A stretch of DNA of 64,000 nt from Candidatus Bathyarchaeota archaeon (GCA_963767735.1 CAVYES010000007.1:64001-128000); one strand, 5' to 3'; shown: positions 1-10,434, numbered from the stretch's first letter. The notes: generated by a model from the letters alone, not told the origin. Numbers and translations: made by a program.

Positions 1-219
1 ACCACGTTTGGCTTGGTAGAAATCGCCAAGGCAAAGCTGAGTGTTACTTCGTTTGTGCCTTTTTTTTGCTCTTCCAGCTTCGCGTTCACATCAAAAAACA
101 GCTCTTCTTTTGAGAGGTATTCGCCGGTTCTTTCAGCCTGTAAACTATTAAGGGTGATCGAAACGATGACTCCTGAGACAGAATACTGTGGGTTTACGGC
201 TGATTCCTCGCTACATCAT
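1..219 (-). CDS. Hypothetical protein, N-terminal part running off the window start
   Basis: Manual translation gives an open minus frame (SEESAVNPQYSVSGVIVSITLNSLQAERTG...FFDVNAKLEEQ...LSFALAISTKPNV). The ATGs at 214-219 are one base out of frame, so the start is uncertain. Confidence 0.45.
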
Positions 220-290
220 GCTGTGATTTTAATATTTAACTTTGTTTGTAGCCCGCACGCGGACCTCCCTTGCAGTCGATGGTTCTGGTT

Positions 291-863
291 TTAGGGTTGG
301 TCGGAGCTGTAGAATGCCGGCACTGAAAGCTCCCCTACAAACTTGAACGTTTCATCTCCTTTTGCGTTTGCTTTTGGTTTTAACACGATTTTTTTGGGGA
401 TGTCTTCTTCAATGTAAACTATGTAGCTGACGGTTGTTCCTAATCCCAGGCGAGCAAGCTGCTGCACGGTTACCTTAAATTTCTCGATTTCATGAATTTT
501 TTTGTTTATTTTTTCGATTGCTTCAAACAGAATTTCCGTTTGCCCCTGCTCAGTGAATGAAATTGCGATGTCGCCTGATTGAACCCAGCTTGAAGTTTCT
601 TCTTTTCCTTTGCCGCCCTTTTTGCCTTTATCTGCCGGCTCTGCAGGTTTCTTTGATTGGCTGCGCAGGGTTTTTTGCAGGGCTGCCGATTTTTGAAACC
701 ATTCTTCGTTTTTGTGGGCGCCTTCAAAATCTCTCAGCAACGTGCCCAGCCATTGGCTGTAATCTTCGAATAACCCACGGAACTGTAGAGTTTGGTTTGC
801 TAAAAAATCTGTAAGGTCTTTTAACGACGTAAATGAGCGAATTTCCGTTCCCGTTTTTTCCAC
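291..863 (-). CDS. Hypothetical helical/coiled-coil protein
   Basis: 190 aa ORF with amphipathic helices, a Lys-rich linker and C-terminal IVYIEEDIPKKIVL strand motif. Confidence 0.7.
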   Translation of the reverse strand: MEKTGTEIRSFTSLKDLTDFLANQTLQFRGLFEDYSQWLGTLLRDFEGAHKNEEWFQKSAALQKTLRSQSKKPAEPADKGKKGGKGKEETSSWVQSGDIAISFTEQGQTEILFEAIEKINKKIHEIEKFKVTVQQLARLGLGTTVSYIVYIEEDIPKKIVLKPKANAKGDETFKFVGELSVPAFYSSDQP

Positions 864-1275
864 TTCCTACCCATATTTTCCTTGAGCTTTAGCTTGAATG
901 TATAAGTACGGTTAGTTTTTGAATAATAGGATTTGTCCATTGCAGAAATTACATACTTTTCAGGGCATCAAAAAAGTTTCTACATTGACTTTCGGGTGAT
1001 TGATGGAAAAGGCTCACGTGGAACTAGGTAAATTAGTGGCAATGAGCTGCCCCCACCCCTCTTCTTTTTGAATCGCCCAAGCGATGCTTAAACAATCCAA
1101 CGTTTGCTAATGCTCAATGGTTTGCTTTCCACTTTATTTTACCCTTTTCCACATGAACCTCTCCCATGGTTTGGCTCTTCTGGTTGGAAAGGTCTTGTTT
1201 TAATTTGTCTGCTACGATATAAAAGTATTATGTATTGCTACACAAGACGCATAAACAGTAACAGCCCTAATGTTT

Positions 1276-2349
1276 TCAAAGGTTTCTTGCTTTATCGTAA
1301 GCCTTCGCTACAGCTTCACTCGTAAGAACACCCACCACTTTTGTAGGCGATTCTTTATCAACAACGGGCAGCAGGTCAATTTTTTCTTTTGTCATGACCT
1401 TGTAGGCTTCAAAAACTGGTTCCTCTGGATGTGTTGAAATGTTTTTTAGGGGCATCTGCTCCACTTTCAGGTTGTCACGCTGCCCTTTTGGAACCTTTAT
1501 TATTTCATTCCAAATTACAACCCCTTGAAAAACTCCGTCTCTCTCCACCAGCGCGTCATGGTAACGATTCTGGAACATAACTTCGAAGGCTTCAGCGAGG
1601 GTTTGGTCAGGACGAACTGAACCGACCTCAGATTGCATGACATCTTTAACTTGGACACTTGCCAGCGTCGTGGAAACAATCGTCTGTTCTGCTTCTTCAC
1701 TGGCACCGATGTAAATAAAAACTCCAATAATAATCAGCAGCGGATCAATTAAAAAGCCCACCAAAACCATTATAATACCAAATATTCTGCCAATATACGC
1801 CGCGTATTTGGTCGCTTGAGAAAACTTCATCCTCTCCGCCAGCAAAGCCCTCAAAACCCTGCCGCCGTCCATTGGGAAAGCGGGAATAAAATTGAATGCG
1901 CCAAGCACCAAGTTTAAGAATCCTAGGTCAAGCAGGATGTTTCCTGTAGAAAACAATAATACAGAAATCGGGTGAAATACTGGTATCTTCACGGGTAACA
2001 CATAGTTTACACCAATCAAGGCGGCTCCAAGAACCAAGCTTGTGATTGGTCCAGCGGCTGCCATTCGCCACTCTATTTTGGGGTTTTCGGGTATTTCCTC
2101 TATTTCTGACACTCCGCCGATGGGGTAGAGGACAATTTTACGAACCGTGATGTTGTAGCGTCTTGCGACAACTGAATGTGCAAGTTCATGAAAAAGCACG
2201 AAAACAAACAGGAACACGATAAGGATGAAAGCGTAAATTTGATTATAATAGATGGCTAAACCTAACACACCTAAAATTAGCAAAATAAAAGTAAGATGCA
2301 ACTCAATGGGAATACCCCAAGCTGAACCAATTTTAAAAGACAACTTCAT
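1276..2349 (-). CDS. Site-2 protease (M50) with tandem CBS domains
   Basis: HELAH zinc motif, NFIPAFPMDGGR motif, TM segments, C-terminal CBS pair. Confidence 0.95.
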   Translation of the reverse strand: MKLSFKIGSAWGIPIELHLTFILLILGVLGLAIYYNQIYAFILIVFLFVFVLFHELAHSVVARRYNITVRKIVLYPIGGVSEIEEIPENPKIEWRMAAAGPITSLVLGAALIGVNYVLPVKIPVFHPISVLLFSTGNILLDLGFLNLVLGAFNFIPAFPMDGGRVLRALLAERMKFSQATKYAAYIGRIFGIIMVLVGFLIDPLLIIIGVFIYIGASEEAEQTIVSTTLASVQVKDVMQSEVGSVRPDQTLAEAFEVMFQNRYHDALVERDGVFQGVVIWNEIIKVPKGQRDNLKVEQMPLKNISTHPEEPVFEAYKVMTKEKIDLLPVVDKESPTKVVGVLTSEAVAKAYDKARNL

Positions 2350-2468
2350 AACCCAAAAGAAGGCGACAACTGCTTTTTAAATTTTCTATAGGCGTGCATT
2401 TTCAGTTTTTGGGCTTTGTTTCGGCTTTTCTTTTTGTTGTTGAATTTTGCTACAAAAAACAGGCGTAT

Positions 2469-2543
2469 CTATAGGCTGCAGTATTTCATTGGTGAGCCGT
2501 GCACGATGAAAAGAACAGGCATAGTTTCAGACGGTTTTGCCAT
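2469..2543 (-). pseudogene. Remnant of a YgiD/LigB-type extradiol dioxygenase N-terminus
   Basis: Reads MAKPSETMPVLFIVHGSPMKYCSL*; MPVLF(I/V)xHGSPM is the typical N-terminal motif of this family. Confidence 0.45.
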
Positions 2544-2670
2544 GACATTACATTGGAACAATTGGCATTTAAGCGAAAATATGCAGCGCCGGCATCACAG
2601 CTGAAAGCGTAGAATTTATCGGAACTTTTAATTACTAAACTCCCTTTCAAAAATGCAAGTGAAGTTTAAA

Positions 2671-2904
2671 ATGAGTAATTCAACCGAAAAAAGAGTACAA
2701 GAAGTCCTTGACCAAATAAGACCTCAGATTCAAATGGACGGCGGAGACGTAGAACTAGTAGCAGTAGAAAAGCAAACTGTGAAAGTACGCTTAACCGGAC
2801 ACTGCGCAGGTTGCCCCATGTCAGCGATGACGCTGAAAAACGGCATAGAAGCGCTCATCAAAGAAAAAATCCCGGAAATACAAAAAGTAGAAGCAGTTCA
2901 ATAA
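2671..2904 (+). CDS. NifU-like (Nfu) Fe-S carrier protein
   Basis: IRPQIQMDGGDVEL...GHCAGCPMS...TLKNGIE. Confidence 0.93.
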   Translation: MSNSTEKRVQEVLDQIRPQIQMDGGDVELVAVEKQTVKVRLTGHCAGCPMSAMTLKNGIEALIKEKIPEIQKVEAVQ

Positions 2905-2998
2905 GAAACCCAAAATTTCTTTTTATTATTTTTTGAAGCCCATTTTACAAAGACAATAAAGAACATTTTTGAAAAGCCTCTTTAGCCTTAAATAACTT

Positions 2999-3068
2999 TG
3001 GTGGGGCTGGAGAGATTTGAACTCTCGTCTATAACGCCCGAGCTAGAAGCTTGGATCAAGTTGGTTGA
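2999..3068 (-). repeat. Duplicate of tRNA-Pro: 44 bp identical 3' part (att-like) plus degenerate 5' part
   Basis: 2999-3042 is identical to 3826-3869; 3043-3068 matches 3871-3896 at 18/26 positions. Confidence 0.9.
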
Positions 3069-3077
3069 ATATTGCAG

Positions 3078-3482
3078 TCAAGGAAGTTTCTGGAAGCCAA
3101 CTTGCATGAAATGATTATCGAAGGTGAATGCTTCAGTAATCGAAAGGTCTTTCATTAAGGCGAAACTTGTGCAGTCTGTAAAACTCCATCGTGAGTCGCT
3201 TGTTTTCTTAAATATGTCTAGTGCTTTTTCAAATATGCTTTCACTTACCCAAAAGGTCCGTATGCTTTTGCTTTTTCTTACCTTATCAATAAAAGCGAGA
3301 GCAACAGGGAGCCCTTTTTTGGATTGCAGAAGCGTCAGGGCTTCATCAAGCACATAATCTGTGGTTACTGCGACGCCATGTTTTCCTGAGGCGATCTCTA
3401 AGAGGAATTTTCTGGCTTTTTCGTGGTTGATGTCATCTTCCACTTCGGAGGCGTACCATGCGCTTGTATCGATGAAAATCAT
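3078..3482 (-). CDS. vapC: VapC PIN-domain toxin
   Basis: IFIDTSAW...YVLDE...SFTDCTSF...AFTFDNHF acidic PIN motifs. Confidence 0.93.
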   Translation of the reverse strand: MIFIDTSAWYASEVEDDINHEKARKFLLEIASGKHGVAVTTDYVLDEALTLLQSKKGLPVALAFIDKVRKSKSIRTFWVSESIFEKALDIFKKTSDSRWSFTDCTSFALMKDLSITEAFTFDNHFMQVGFQKLP

Positions 3483-3715
3483 GACCTTTCACTATAGAGA
3501 TATTTGTCGTGGTCTATTGAAGTGGTGTCTCGTTTTCCTGTTCTTTTTGAGCTGGGCGGCTCAGCGAAGATTGGGTCATGGGGGTCTATGCAGCCTTCTA
3601 CAGTGTCTCGGATTGCTTGCCTGAGGACCTCCTTGATTGTTTTAGAGTTTTTCTTGGCATACTCCTCAAGCATCTTATGTTCAGCTTCCGTTAAAGTTGT
3701 TTGAACAACTCGCAT
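3479..3715 (-). CDS. Ribbon-helix-helix antitoxin (VapB-like)
   Basis: 78 aa; N-terminal RHH pattern; C-terminal SIDHDKYLY; ATGA overlap with vapC. Confidence 0.85.
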   Translation of the reverse strand: MRVVQTTLTEAEHKMLEEYAKKNSKTIKEVLRQAIRDTVEGCIDPHDPIFAEPPSSKRTGKRDTTSIDHDKYLYSERS

Positions 3716-3825
3716 GTTTCATCAAACATGTAAAATGAAGAATGAACGTATAAACCTTACCCATCCAATAAGCAGCAAATAAGTTGAAACAATACACTCA
3801 AAAAACATCATAAAACCCAAAGTGG

Positions 3826-3903
3826 TGGTGGGGCTGGAGAGATTTGAACTCTCGTCTATAACGCCCGAGGCTACAAGCCTAGACCAAGCTAGCCGACAGC
3901 CCC
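3826..3903 (-). tRNA. tRNA-Pro(CGG), intronless, CCA encoded
   Basis: GGGGCTG/CAGCCCC acceptor stem, loop CTCGGGC, T-loop GTTCAAATC, ends ACCA. Confidence 0.93.
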
Positions 3904-4196
3904 GCTTTTTTTGGCTTGGTTTTTTGTGGGTTCATAGAATAATGTAGGTTTAGGCTTTAAACTTTAACGGTGAATGCGAAATAATTCGGGAGGCTAGGCT
4001 TTCATATTTGGATCCTTCAGATGTAGCTATTATGCTTCTGAGGTTAAATGCCCATTTTCCTCATTTTTTCATAAAACTGAATCGACCGTTTTCAGACGCT
4101 AAATCAGAAAATAAACCCAAAAACAACGTTTTAACCGAAGCAGCCTACCTATACTCCCACCTAATTTTTGTGGCAAAAAACCAGCACAAAAAAGCG

Positions 4197-4805
4197 CTAT
4201 GTGCTGACTGCAGGGGTTGTCTCGGGTGGCGGGCTTAATGTTTCAGTTTTGGCTACGTGGCTGTGGAACAGTCTGGCCGCGATGCATAATGCGGCTGCTG
4301 CTATTGCTAGGTAGAAGGGCAATTGAAAGCCGCCTGAAACTAAAGCGCTGATGCTCAGGCCACTGGAGATGAGTTGTGTGGGCAAACTAACGGTTGCTGA
4401 GCCGGTAAGAGGAATGTGCATTCCAAAGAACCCAGCGATTATTACAATCACTACCAGACCAACAACAAAAGATATCACCGCGTACAATGGCTTTCTGTAA
4501 GAGAAGCCAAGCAGGTGCTTAGAGTAAGATTTTGTGGGATTCACTGAGTAAATCAGCATAACAAGACCGCAGGCAGTAAACGTTAGTATGCTTATGATGT
4601 TTAGAGCCCAAATTAACGGTATCGTGAATTGGGCACCACCAAACAAGCCGAAATTTGTGTTCACTGGGGAAGCATTAACTTTTATGAGATTTTGACCAAT
4701 TGTTAACTGCCACCAAGGGATATAAAAGGAAATAACAAGCACAATTAAAGTGATGATTCCGGCAGCCATGCCAAACCAATTTATTTTTCGGACCATCATA
4801 GTCAC
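4197..4805 (-). CDS. Hypothetical multi-pass membrane protein
   Basis: 202 aa, about four hydrophobic segments, overlaps the upstream gene. Confidence 0.8.
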   Translation of the reverse strand: MTMMVRKINWFGMAAGIITLIVLVISFYIPWWQLTIGQNLIKVNASPVNTNFGLFGGAQFTIPLIWALNIISILTFTACGLVMLIYSVNPTKSYSKHLLGFSYRKPLYAVISFVVGLVVIVIIAGFFGMHIPLTGSATVSLPTQLISSGLSISALVSGGFQLPFYLAIAAAALCIAARLFHSHVAKTETLSPPPETTPAVST

Positions 4806-5332
4806 TCTGGCAGCTGAAGCTGCCCCGCATTATTTACCTGGTCCATATGCACTGTGACGCCTGCAACATTGGTATTTAGGTTTGCGAGGGAAATGTTAAT
4901 CCCATTGGCTCCTGGATTTTGAGCTTCAATTTGGCTTATCGCGTTTTGACTTAAAACGCCTGAAACGTTTATGGTGGAAGTTTCGCCGGCCAGTATCTGG
5001 ATTGGTTGATTTAGAGTTATATTGCCTAAGTAGACACCACTGTCTGATTGCACTTCTGCTGACAGTTTATCGATTGAAATGTCATTTGTTAATGGGTTGG
5101 TAAAGTTGAAGGAAACAGTAACCGCGCCCGTCTGAGCATTATACTGCGGTTGCCCAACAAGCTGAGGCATTTGAAACTGCGACCCTGCGGAATCGCCACT
5201 CTCCAAGCTCTTAACCTGGGGAGGAACCACTAACCCAGGCAAATTATCCCTGTACAAGAAAGTCACAGCGGCAAGAGGAACAACTATAATTAATATTGAC
5301 AGAATTGTTAGAGCAATCTTTACTTTGTCCAT
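4802..5332 (-). CDS. Membrane-anchored beta-rich (LEA/WHy-like) protein
   Basis: N-terminal TM; FNFTNPL motif and beta-strand pattern. Confidence 0.7.
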   Translation of the reverse strand: MDKVKIALTILSILIIVVPLAAVTFLYRDNLPGLVVPPQVKSLESGDSAGSQFQMPQLVGQPQYNAQTGAVTVSFNFTNPLTNDISIDKLSAEVQSDSGVYLGNITLNQPIQILAGETSTINVSGVLSQNAISQIEAQNPGANGINISLANLNTNVAGVTVHMDQVNNAGQLQLPE

Positions 5333-5396
5333 GCCATCCGCAGTCTCGTTAGATGCTACAAGCTTTTAACCTTTCGCTAAACAGCGCCTAAAGCAT

Positions 5397-6123
5397 CTAC
5401 TGTTCTACACATGTTTTATCCTTGTAGGGTGTGCTTAAAACCTCTTTCACTTTGTTAGTTATCACGGGACCAAGACCATTCACAGCCTTCGACCAATCAT
5501 CCACGTTAATTAACGCATTTATCGGTGTTTGATAAGAATTCAGAATGGCTGTTGCTTTTTCCCGTCCAATATTTGGCAAACTGGCAACAAAATATACTTG
5601 AGCATCTGAGAGTGTCTCGCATTTTTTGAAAGCATGCACAACTGGGCTTCTTTTCTCAACAATTTGCTCCTGCCTTGCCGCTGCATAAAGAAAATCAATG
5701 GTTTCTTTATACGACGAGGTGTTAACCAGCGAAATTCCGTTTTTGGCTAAATTAAACATCGCACCCCAAACTGCGCTTGGCTGAAATATTGCTGTACTTG
5801 TAAATTATGGGCAGGTAACCTTCAAGAACGATAAGCGATTTCGGGTAAGCCTCTTTAAGCCCGAAAAGCTGCTCGAAAAGGTACCGACGTGTGAGGGTGT
5901 AAACAAAATCGTTAACGGTTTTACGTTCTACCGCACATTGGTCTGAGAGAATGTAGTCGCCTTTCTCTAATAATTCAGTTTTAACGTTAACTCCACGTTC
6001 AACTAAACCTTTAACAATCTTTTCTGCACTGCTTGCCTCTCGGCTATCCACTATAATAGTTGGTTCGTCACCCTTCTTCTTTTTATCATTCATAAAGGGA
6101 ATCAACGTTTCAGTTCCAGACAT
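5397..6123 (-). CDS. Short XPF/ERCC4-family structure-specific nuclease with HhH domain (single frameshift near 5780)
   Basis: IIVDSRE, GDYI, VERKT motifs in 5752-6123; LPNIG/GLG HhH motifs in 5397-5759; removing one base joins them (..SAVWGAMFN..). Confidence 0.88.
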
Positions 6124-6670
6124 CCAGTCAACTCTTAATACGTAACCATAACTGCACGTTTATTTTGCTTGTGCTTCTAAGAATCGGAAATTATAAAACA
6201 TAAAAAAACAATTTAACCCTAAAAAATTCTCAACTTCTCTAGTAAAAAAGGTTAAAAATTAGAAGATATGCTGAACCAATAGCTTGCTTTGTTAATTATG
6301 GTTTTACTCATATCTAATTAAGAATAATGGTTTTTTTGCTTCTTTGCGCCTAACTTCGAGTGGCAATCTTTTAATGCCACAACAAGCTCAAGCTTTTCCC
6401 TTAAGCAGTTCCCTTTTAGCCCCATCCAAATTCTTGTTTAAGAGCATGCTGGATTTCTCATTTTGATAATCCATTAAACCCACCTTACTAAGCAACTCTA
6501 TACCATACGATATATGCAGTTGTGATTGTCATATAACTACAACAAAACTTTCATAATTTAAACGAAAAAAATCAAAAAAATGAATAGTTTAACCTATTAG
6601 CTCTGCAAATATGATGTATTAAATATAAAAATACATGTTTATTAATTAAACAAAAAATAAAATGGAGGGT

Positions 6671-7976
6671 TTATGGTCCCTTTTTGGTGACTTCTTTTAT
6701 TACGCCTGCTGCTACGGTTGTGCCCATGTCTCTGACTGCGAATCGCCCGAGCTCTGGAAAGTCTGTGTAAGCCTCGACTGCTATTGGGTGCAATGGCTCC
6801 ATTCTGACCCAAGCTGCATCGCCTGTTTTAAGGAAGCTCGGGTGCTCTTCTGTTACTTGGCCTGTGCGTGGATCAATTTTCTTTATTAGCTCTGTGAATT
6901 TGCATGCGATTTGTCCAGTGTGGTAGTGAAGTACTGGTGTATATCCTGCTGCTATAGCGGTTGGGTGGTAAATCACGATGATTTGACCGATGAATTCTTT
7001 AGCTACTGTTGGCGGATTGTCGGTAGTTCCTGCTACGTCTCCTCGGTGAATGTCGGTTTTTGCGATGCCTCTTACGTTCATGCCGATGTTGTCGCCTGGT
7101 TCAGCAAATGGGATCACTGTGTGGTGCATTTCTAAGTGATTTAAGTTCGCCTGTTTTGTTGCTTGGCATGAAAATTAAGATTTGACCTGGTTTGAGAACG
7201 CCTGTTTCAACTCTGCCAACTGGAACTGTGCCGATTCCTGTGATGCTGTAAACGTCTTGAATTGGTACGCGTAGAGGCTTGTTAGTTGGTTTAACTGGTA
7301 CCTCTAGCAAGTCTAATCCTTCCATTAAGGTTGGACCAGTATACCATGGTAATTTATCAGCTTTCTTAATCAGGTTTTCGCCTGTCCAGCCTGAAACCGG
7401 TATAAAGTTGATTTTATCGACTTTGAAGCCTACCATTCGAAGCATTCTTGAAACTTCATTCTTTATTTCTTCATACCTTTCTTTGCTGTAATTAACTGAT
7501 ATATCATCCATTTTGTTAACTGCAACAATTAGTTGGCGAATACCTAAAGTGAATGCTAAAAAGGCGTGCTCTCGTGTTTGTCCACCTGCACCGATGCCTG
7601 CTTCAAACTCACCTTTTTTGGCTGAGGCAAAGAGTATGGCGGCATCAGCTTGGCTTGCGCCTGTAATCATGTTTTTGACGAAGTCTCTGTGTCCTGGTGC
7701 ATCGATGACTGTGAAGTTGTATTTTTTGGTTTGGAATTGTAGGAATCGAAGGTCAATGGTGACTCCTCTTTCTCGTTCTTCCTTAAGGTTGTCTAGTACC
7801 CAAGCGAACTTGAATGTGCCTTTGCCCATTTTTTCGGCTTCTTCTTCAAAGGCTTTGATTGTTCTCTCGTCGATTGCGCCTGCTAAGTAAAGTAAGTGCC
7901 CTGTAGTTGTGGATTTTCCCGCGTCAACGTGCCCCATGATGATAATGTTTAAGTGGGGTTTTTCTGATTTGCTCAT
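6671..7976 (-). CDS. tuf: Translation elongation factor aEF-1alpha (single frameshift near 7133, probably a sequence error)
   Basis: [29 protein letters not shown]; C-terminal ORF has PGDNIG and LGRFAVRDM; one extra base in TCACTTAGAAATG. Confidence 0.96.
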
Positions 7977-8188
7977 TTTTTCTTCCTCAATTAATCTTAC
8001 CTAATTTATGAATTCGTTAACACATCAGTCCTTCCAATTATTTTAAGATTACGATGTTGTTTCCGCTTGCAACATGACTGAAAAATCCAAGACCAGTCGA
8101 AAAAGACCAAAGCGCTATGCTCAAAATAAGATTTCGTGTGATCATTAAGGCAACATAACTTATAACGCAAGAAGGCTGATGGCTACTC

Positions 8189-8891
8189 ATGAGAGGCGAC
8201 GGCGAAATGGTTCAGGGCATCTCCGTGGTTACCACGACTTTGAATGAAAGAGAAAACATTAAAGAATTAATTCTTAGAGTAAGGTCAGCGCTCAAAGATT
8301 TTCCGCATGAAATAATTGTTGTAGATGATAGCTCTTCAGATGGCACGTTTGATGTTGCTAAATGCTTTGCAGATTTGGCGGTTTCAAAAACTCGGGAAGG
8401 GCAAACTAAAGGCTTGCTGTACGGGATGAAACTAGCCAAGTTTCCAGTAATAGTAACAATAGACGCCGACTTAGAAAACAATCCAGATATTGATACCAAA
8501 CCTTGTTAACAGATTTGACGCGTTTGATTTAGTAGTAGCCTCACGAACGGTTGTCCCTAGAATTTCAGAAAGGCTAGCTTCCAAGACCCTAGGCAAAATG
8601 GTCGGGGTATCAGATTTTTTCTCAAATTTCAGAGCTTACAAAAAAGAAATCATTTCTCACTTAAGCATTAGGGGAGGAGAAACGTTTGGTGGCGAATTAC
8701 TGGTAATTGCCAAGAAACATGGCTTTAAGATTGGCGAAGTACTGTATGAGCCTCCGCCTAGGCGCAGAAACCCGCGGATTGGCGGCAACGTTAGAGCCAA
8801 CCTGAGGATAATTGCTGCTTCGCTGAAATGCTGCATTATTTATTTATTTACTCACAATCAAAATCCGCAAGAGTTAACAGTTTGCTCATAA
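8189..8891 (+). CDS. GT2 glycosyltransferase, dolichol-phosphate-mannose-synthase-like (frameshift near 8490)
   Basis: VVDDSSSDGT, IDADLEN and FRAYK motifs across two overlapping ORFs. Confidence 0.85.
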
Positions 8892-8995
8892 ATTCGTGCC
8901 GAATCCAGACATGCGCTGGTAGCCCCCGTCTTCGCTGGAGACTATCTGGCTCACACTACTTCAAAGCAGAACTGCCGGTTTGGCAATCTTCCAAT

Positions 8996-9967
8996 TTATG
9001 GGTGCTCTGGAGAACTATTTTTTTCAGGAATTTTGTCGGCGAAAAGTAGTGGTATTCCAAGCAATGGAAGCGACAGTATCCACAGGTCTTCGTTGTGCCC
9101 CATGAACCACGCGTACCAGGTGCTCCAGCCTCCGAAGTAAATCCATGTCAGATAATTCCACAGGAAATACAGACCAAGAGCCAAGATGATTACCCCCACA
9201 ATCTTCAGGTTCAATTCCTTGAGAGTTTCCGCTCTTCTTGACTTTACAGTAAACCCCGCTGCATAAAAGCCTAAAGCCAACAGTCCAGCCACGGTTAAAA
9301 TAAAACTTAGAAGGTTCTGCGGGTAGGAGGTCAGGTAGGCCCAACCTTTCTCATCTATTACCGAGAGCCACAAAGTGGTGTTAAGTAGCCAATATAAGAA
9401 AACATAGAAGGTACCCGTTATCAGCCCCCACCGTATAGCGCCTTTCAAAGGTTTGTGGGGATTCAGCTTGTAAACGAGAATAAACAGTATGATGGGAGTG
9501 GCTATGGATTCGACCAGAACAGGTAGTGTATTTATGGCAAAGAAGTGCAGAAAAGACGGAGTGAAACCGTCGCGGAAGGCTGCGCTGAAAAATGTGTCTT
9601 TAACTACGTAATACCCTGTGGGAAGGAACGCCAGTAACCAATAGATTCCTTCAAAAACTAGAATCAACCGCAGTACGTTGAATGTTGCGGATTTTGAGAT
9701 GTTTCTTTTGGCAAAGTAATAGGTGATGGCGGCGAAGGCTATGATTCCAGCTGTGAACCTGAAGATTGTTCCGACTAAGCCGATGATGTCTTCAACGTAG
9801 ATATCGAACAGGAAGTGCCCTGGGTAATCGCGATTCCATTCGCCGACCCAGGACAGTGTAAACGTGTCATGCAGAGCAAACAGGAAATAGGATAAGACAA
9901 CTATGAACAACCCTATTTTCAACGGCGAATAGAATTTTTCCGCACGCATAACTTTACCAATTAGCAA
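8996..9967 (-). CDS. Hypothetical polytopic membrane protein
   Basis: 323 aa, about eight hydrophobic segments. Confidence 0.8.
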   Translation of the reverse strand: MLIGKVMRAEKFYSPLKIGLFIVVLSYFLFALHDTFTLSWVGEWNRDYPGHFLFDIYVEDIIGLVGTIFRFTAGIIAFAAITYYFAKRNISKSATFNVLRLILVFEGIYWLLAFLPTGYYVVKDTFFSAAFRDGFTPSFLHFFAINTLPVLVESIATPIILFILVYKLNPHKPLKGAIRWGLITGTFYVFLYWLLNTTLWLSVIDEKGWAYLTSYPQNLLSFILTVAGLLALGFYAAGFTVKSRRAETLKELNLKIVGVIILALGLYFLWNYLTWIYFGGWSTWYAWFMGHNEDLWILSLPLLGIPLLFADKIPEKNSSPEHP

Positions 9968-10209
9968 CCATAATTGTAAAGGAGTGCTTAAACTTTTCAG
10001 CAGATGCGAAAAACATTGGCTACAAAAGAAAAATTTCCATATTATTAACTATTCCAACGAGGTTTTAGCGAGCTAACTCTAAATTACTTTGTCAATTGCG
10101 GTTAGCGCAGTTACCCCCATGTTAATAAGGCTTGGCTGCCTAAGCAGATAATGGTTAACGTTAAATACCAATTAAACTTAATCATAAAAACGCACGAAAT
10201 GGATTCGGA

Positions 10210-10434
10210 ATGACTTTAACAGACAAGAAATTAACCTCGTTGTTATACTCTATTGAAGCAGTTGGCGCGGCCTTCGTAGTTCTTTTCTTAGCAGCTTACC
10301 TAGGCGGCATACCGACAACCAATGTCCTGCAGGACCAACCAGCATTCAGAATCCCCCTCCAAGTCTTCGGGGCAGCGCTTTTGATATTGATTCTGACAAC
10401 AGTTGTTCTATCATTTCTTAAAAGAAAGAAGTAA
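10210..10434 (+). CDS. Small two-TM membrane protein
   Basis: 74 aa, two hydrophobic helices, basic C-terminus. Confidence 0.7.
   Translation: MTLTDKKLTSLLYSIEAVGAAFVVLFLAAYLGGIPTTNVLQDQPAFRIPLQVFGAALLILILTTVVLSFLKRKK

Larger units (their letters stand above)
2999..3903. mobile_element. Integrase-less tRNA-Pro-associated islet carrying a VapBC module
   Basis: Direct repeat of the tRNA 3' end brackets only a toxin-antitoxin pair. Confidence 0.7.

Noticed and set aside
13-294. 93-aa plus-strand ORF
   Set aside because: Antisense to a more protein-like minus frame; no motifs
7101-7140. Programmed frameshift in EF-1alpha
   Set aside because: No slippery heptamer or stimulatory structure; neighbouring genes have similar single-base insertions, which points to sequence error
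8920-8950. HDV-like ribozyme (CCGTCTTCGCTGG resembles P3/L3)
   Set aside because: No room for the P2 5' strand and no recognisable catalytic J4/2 segment
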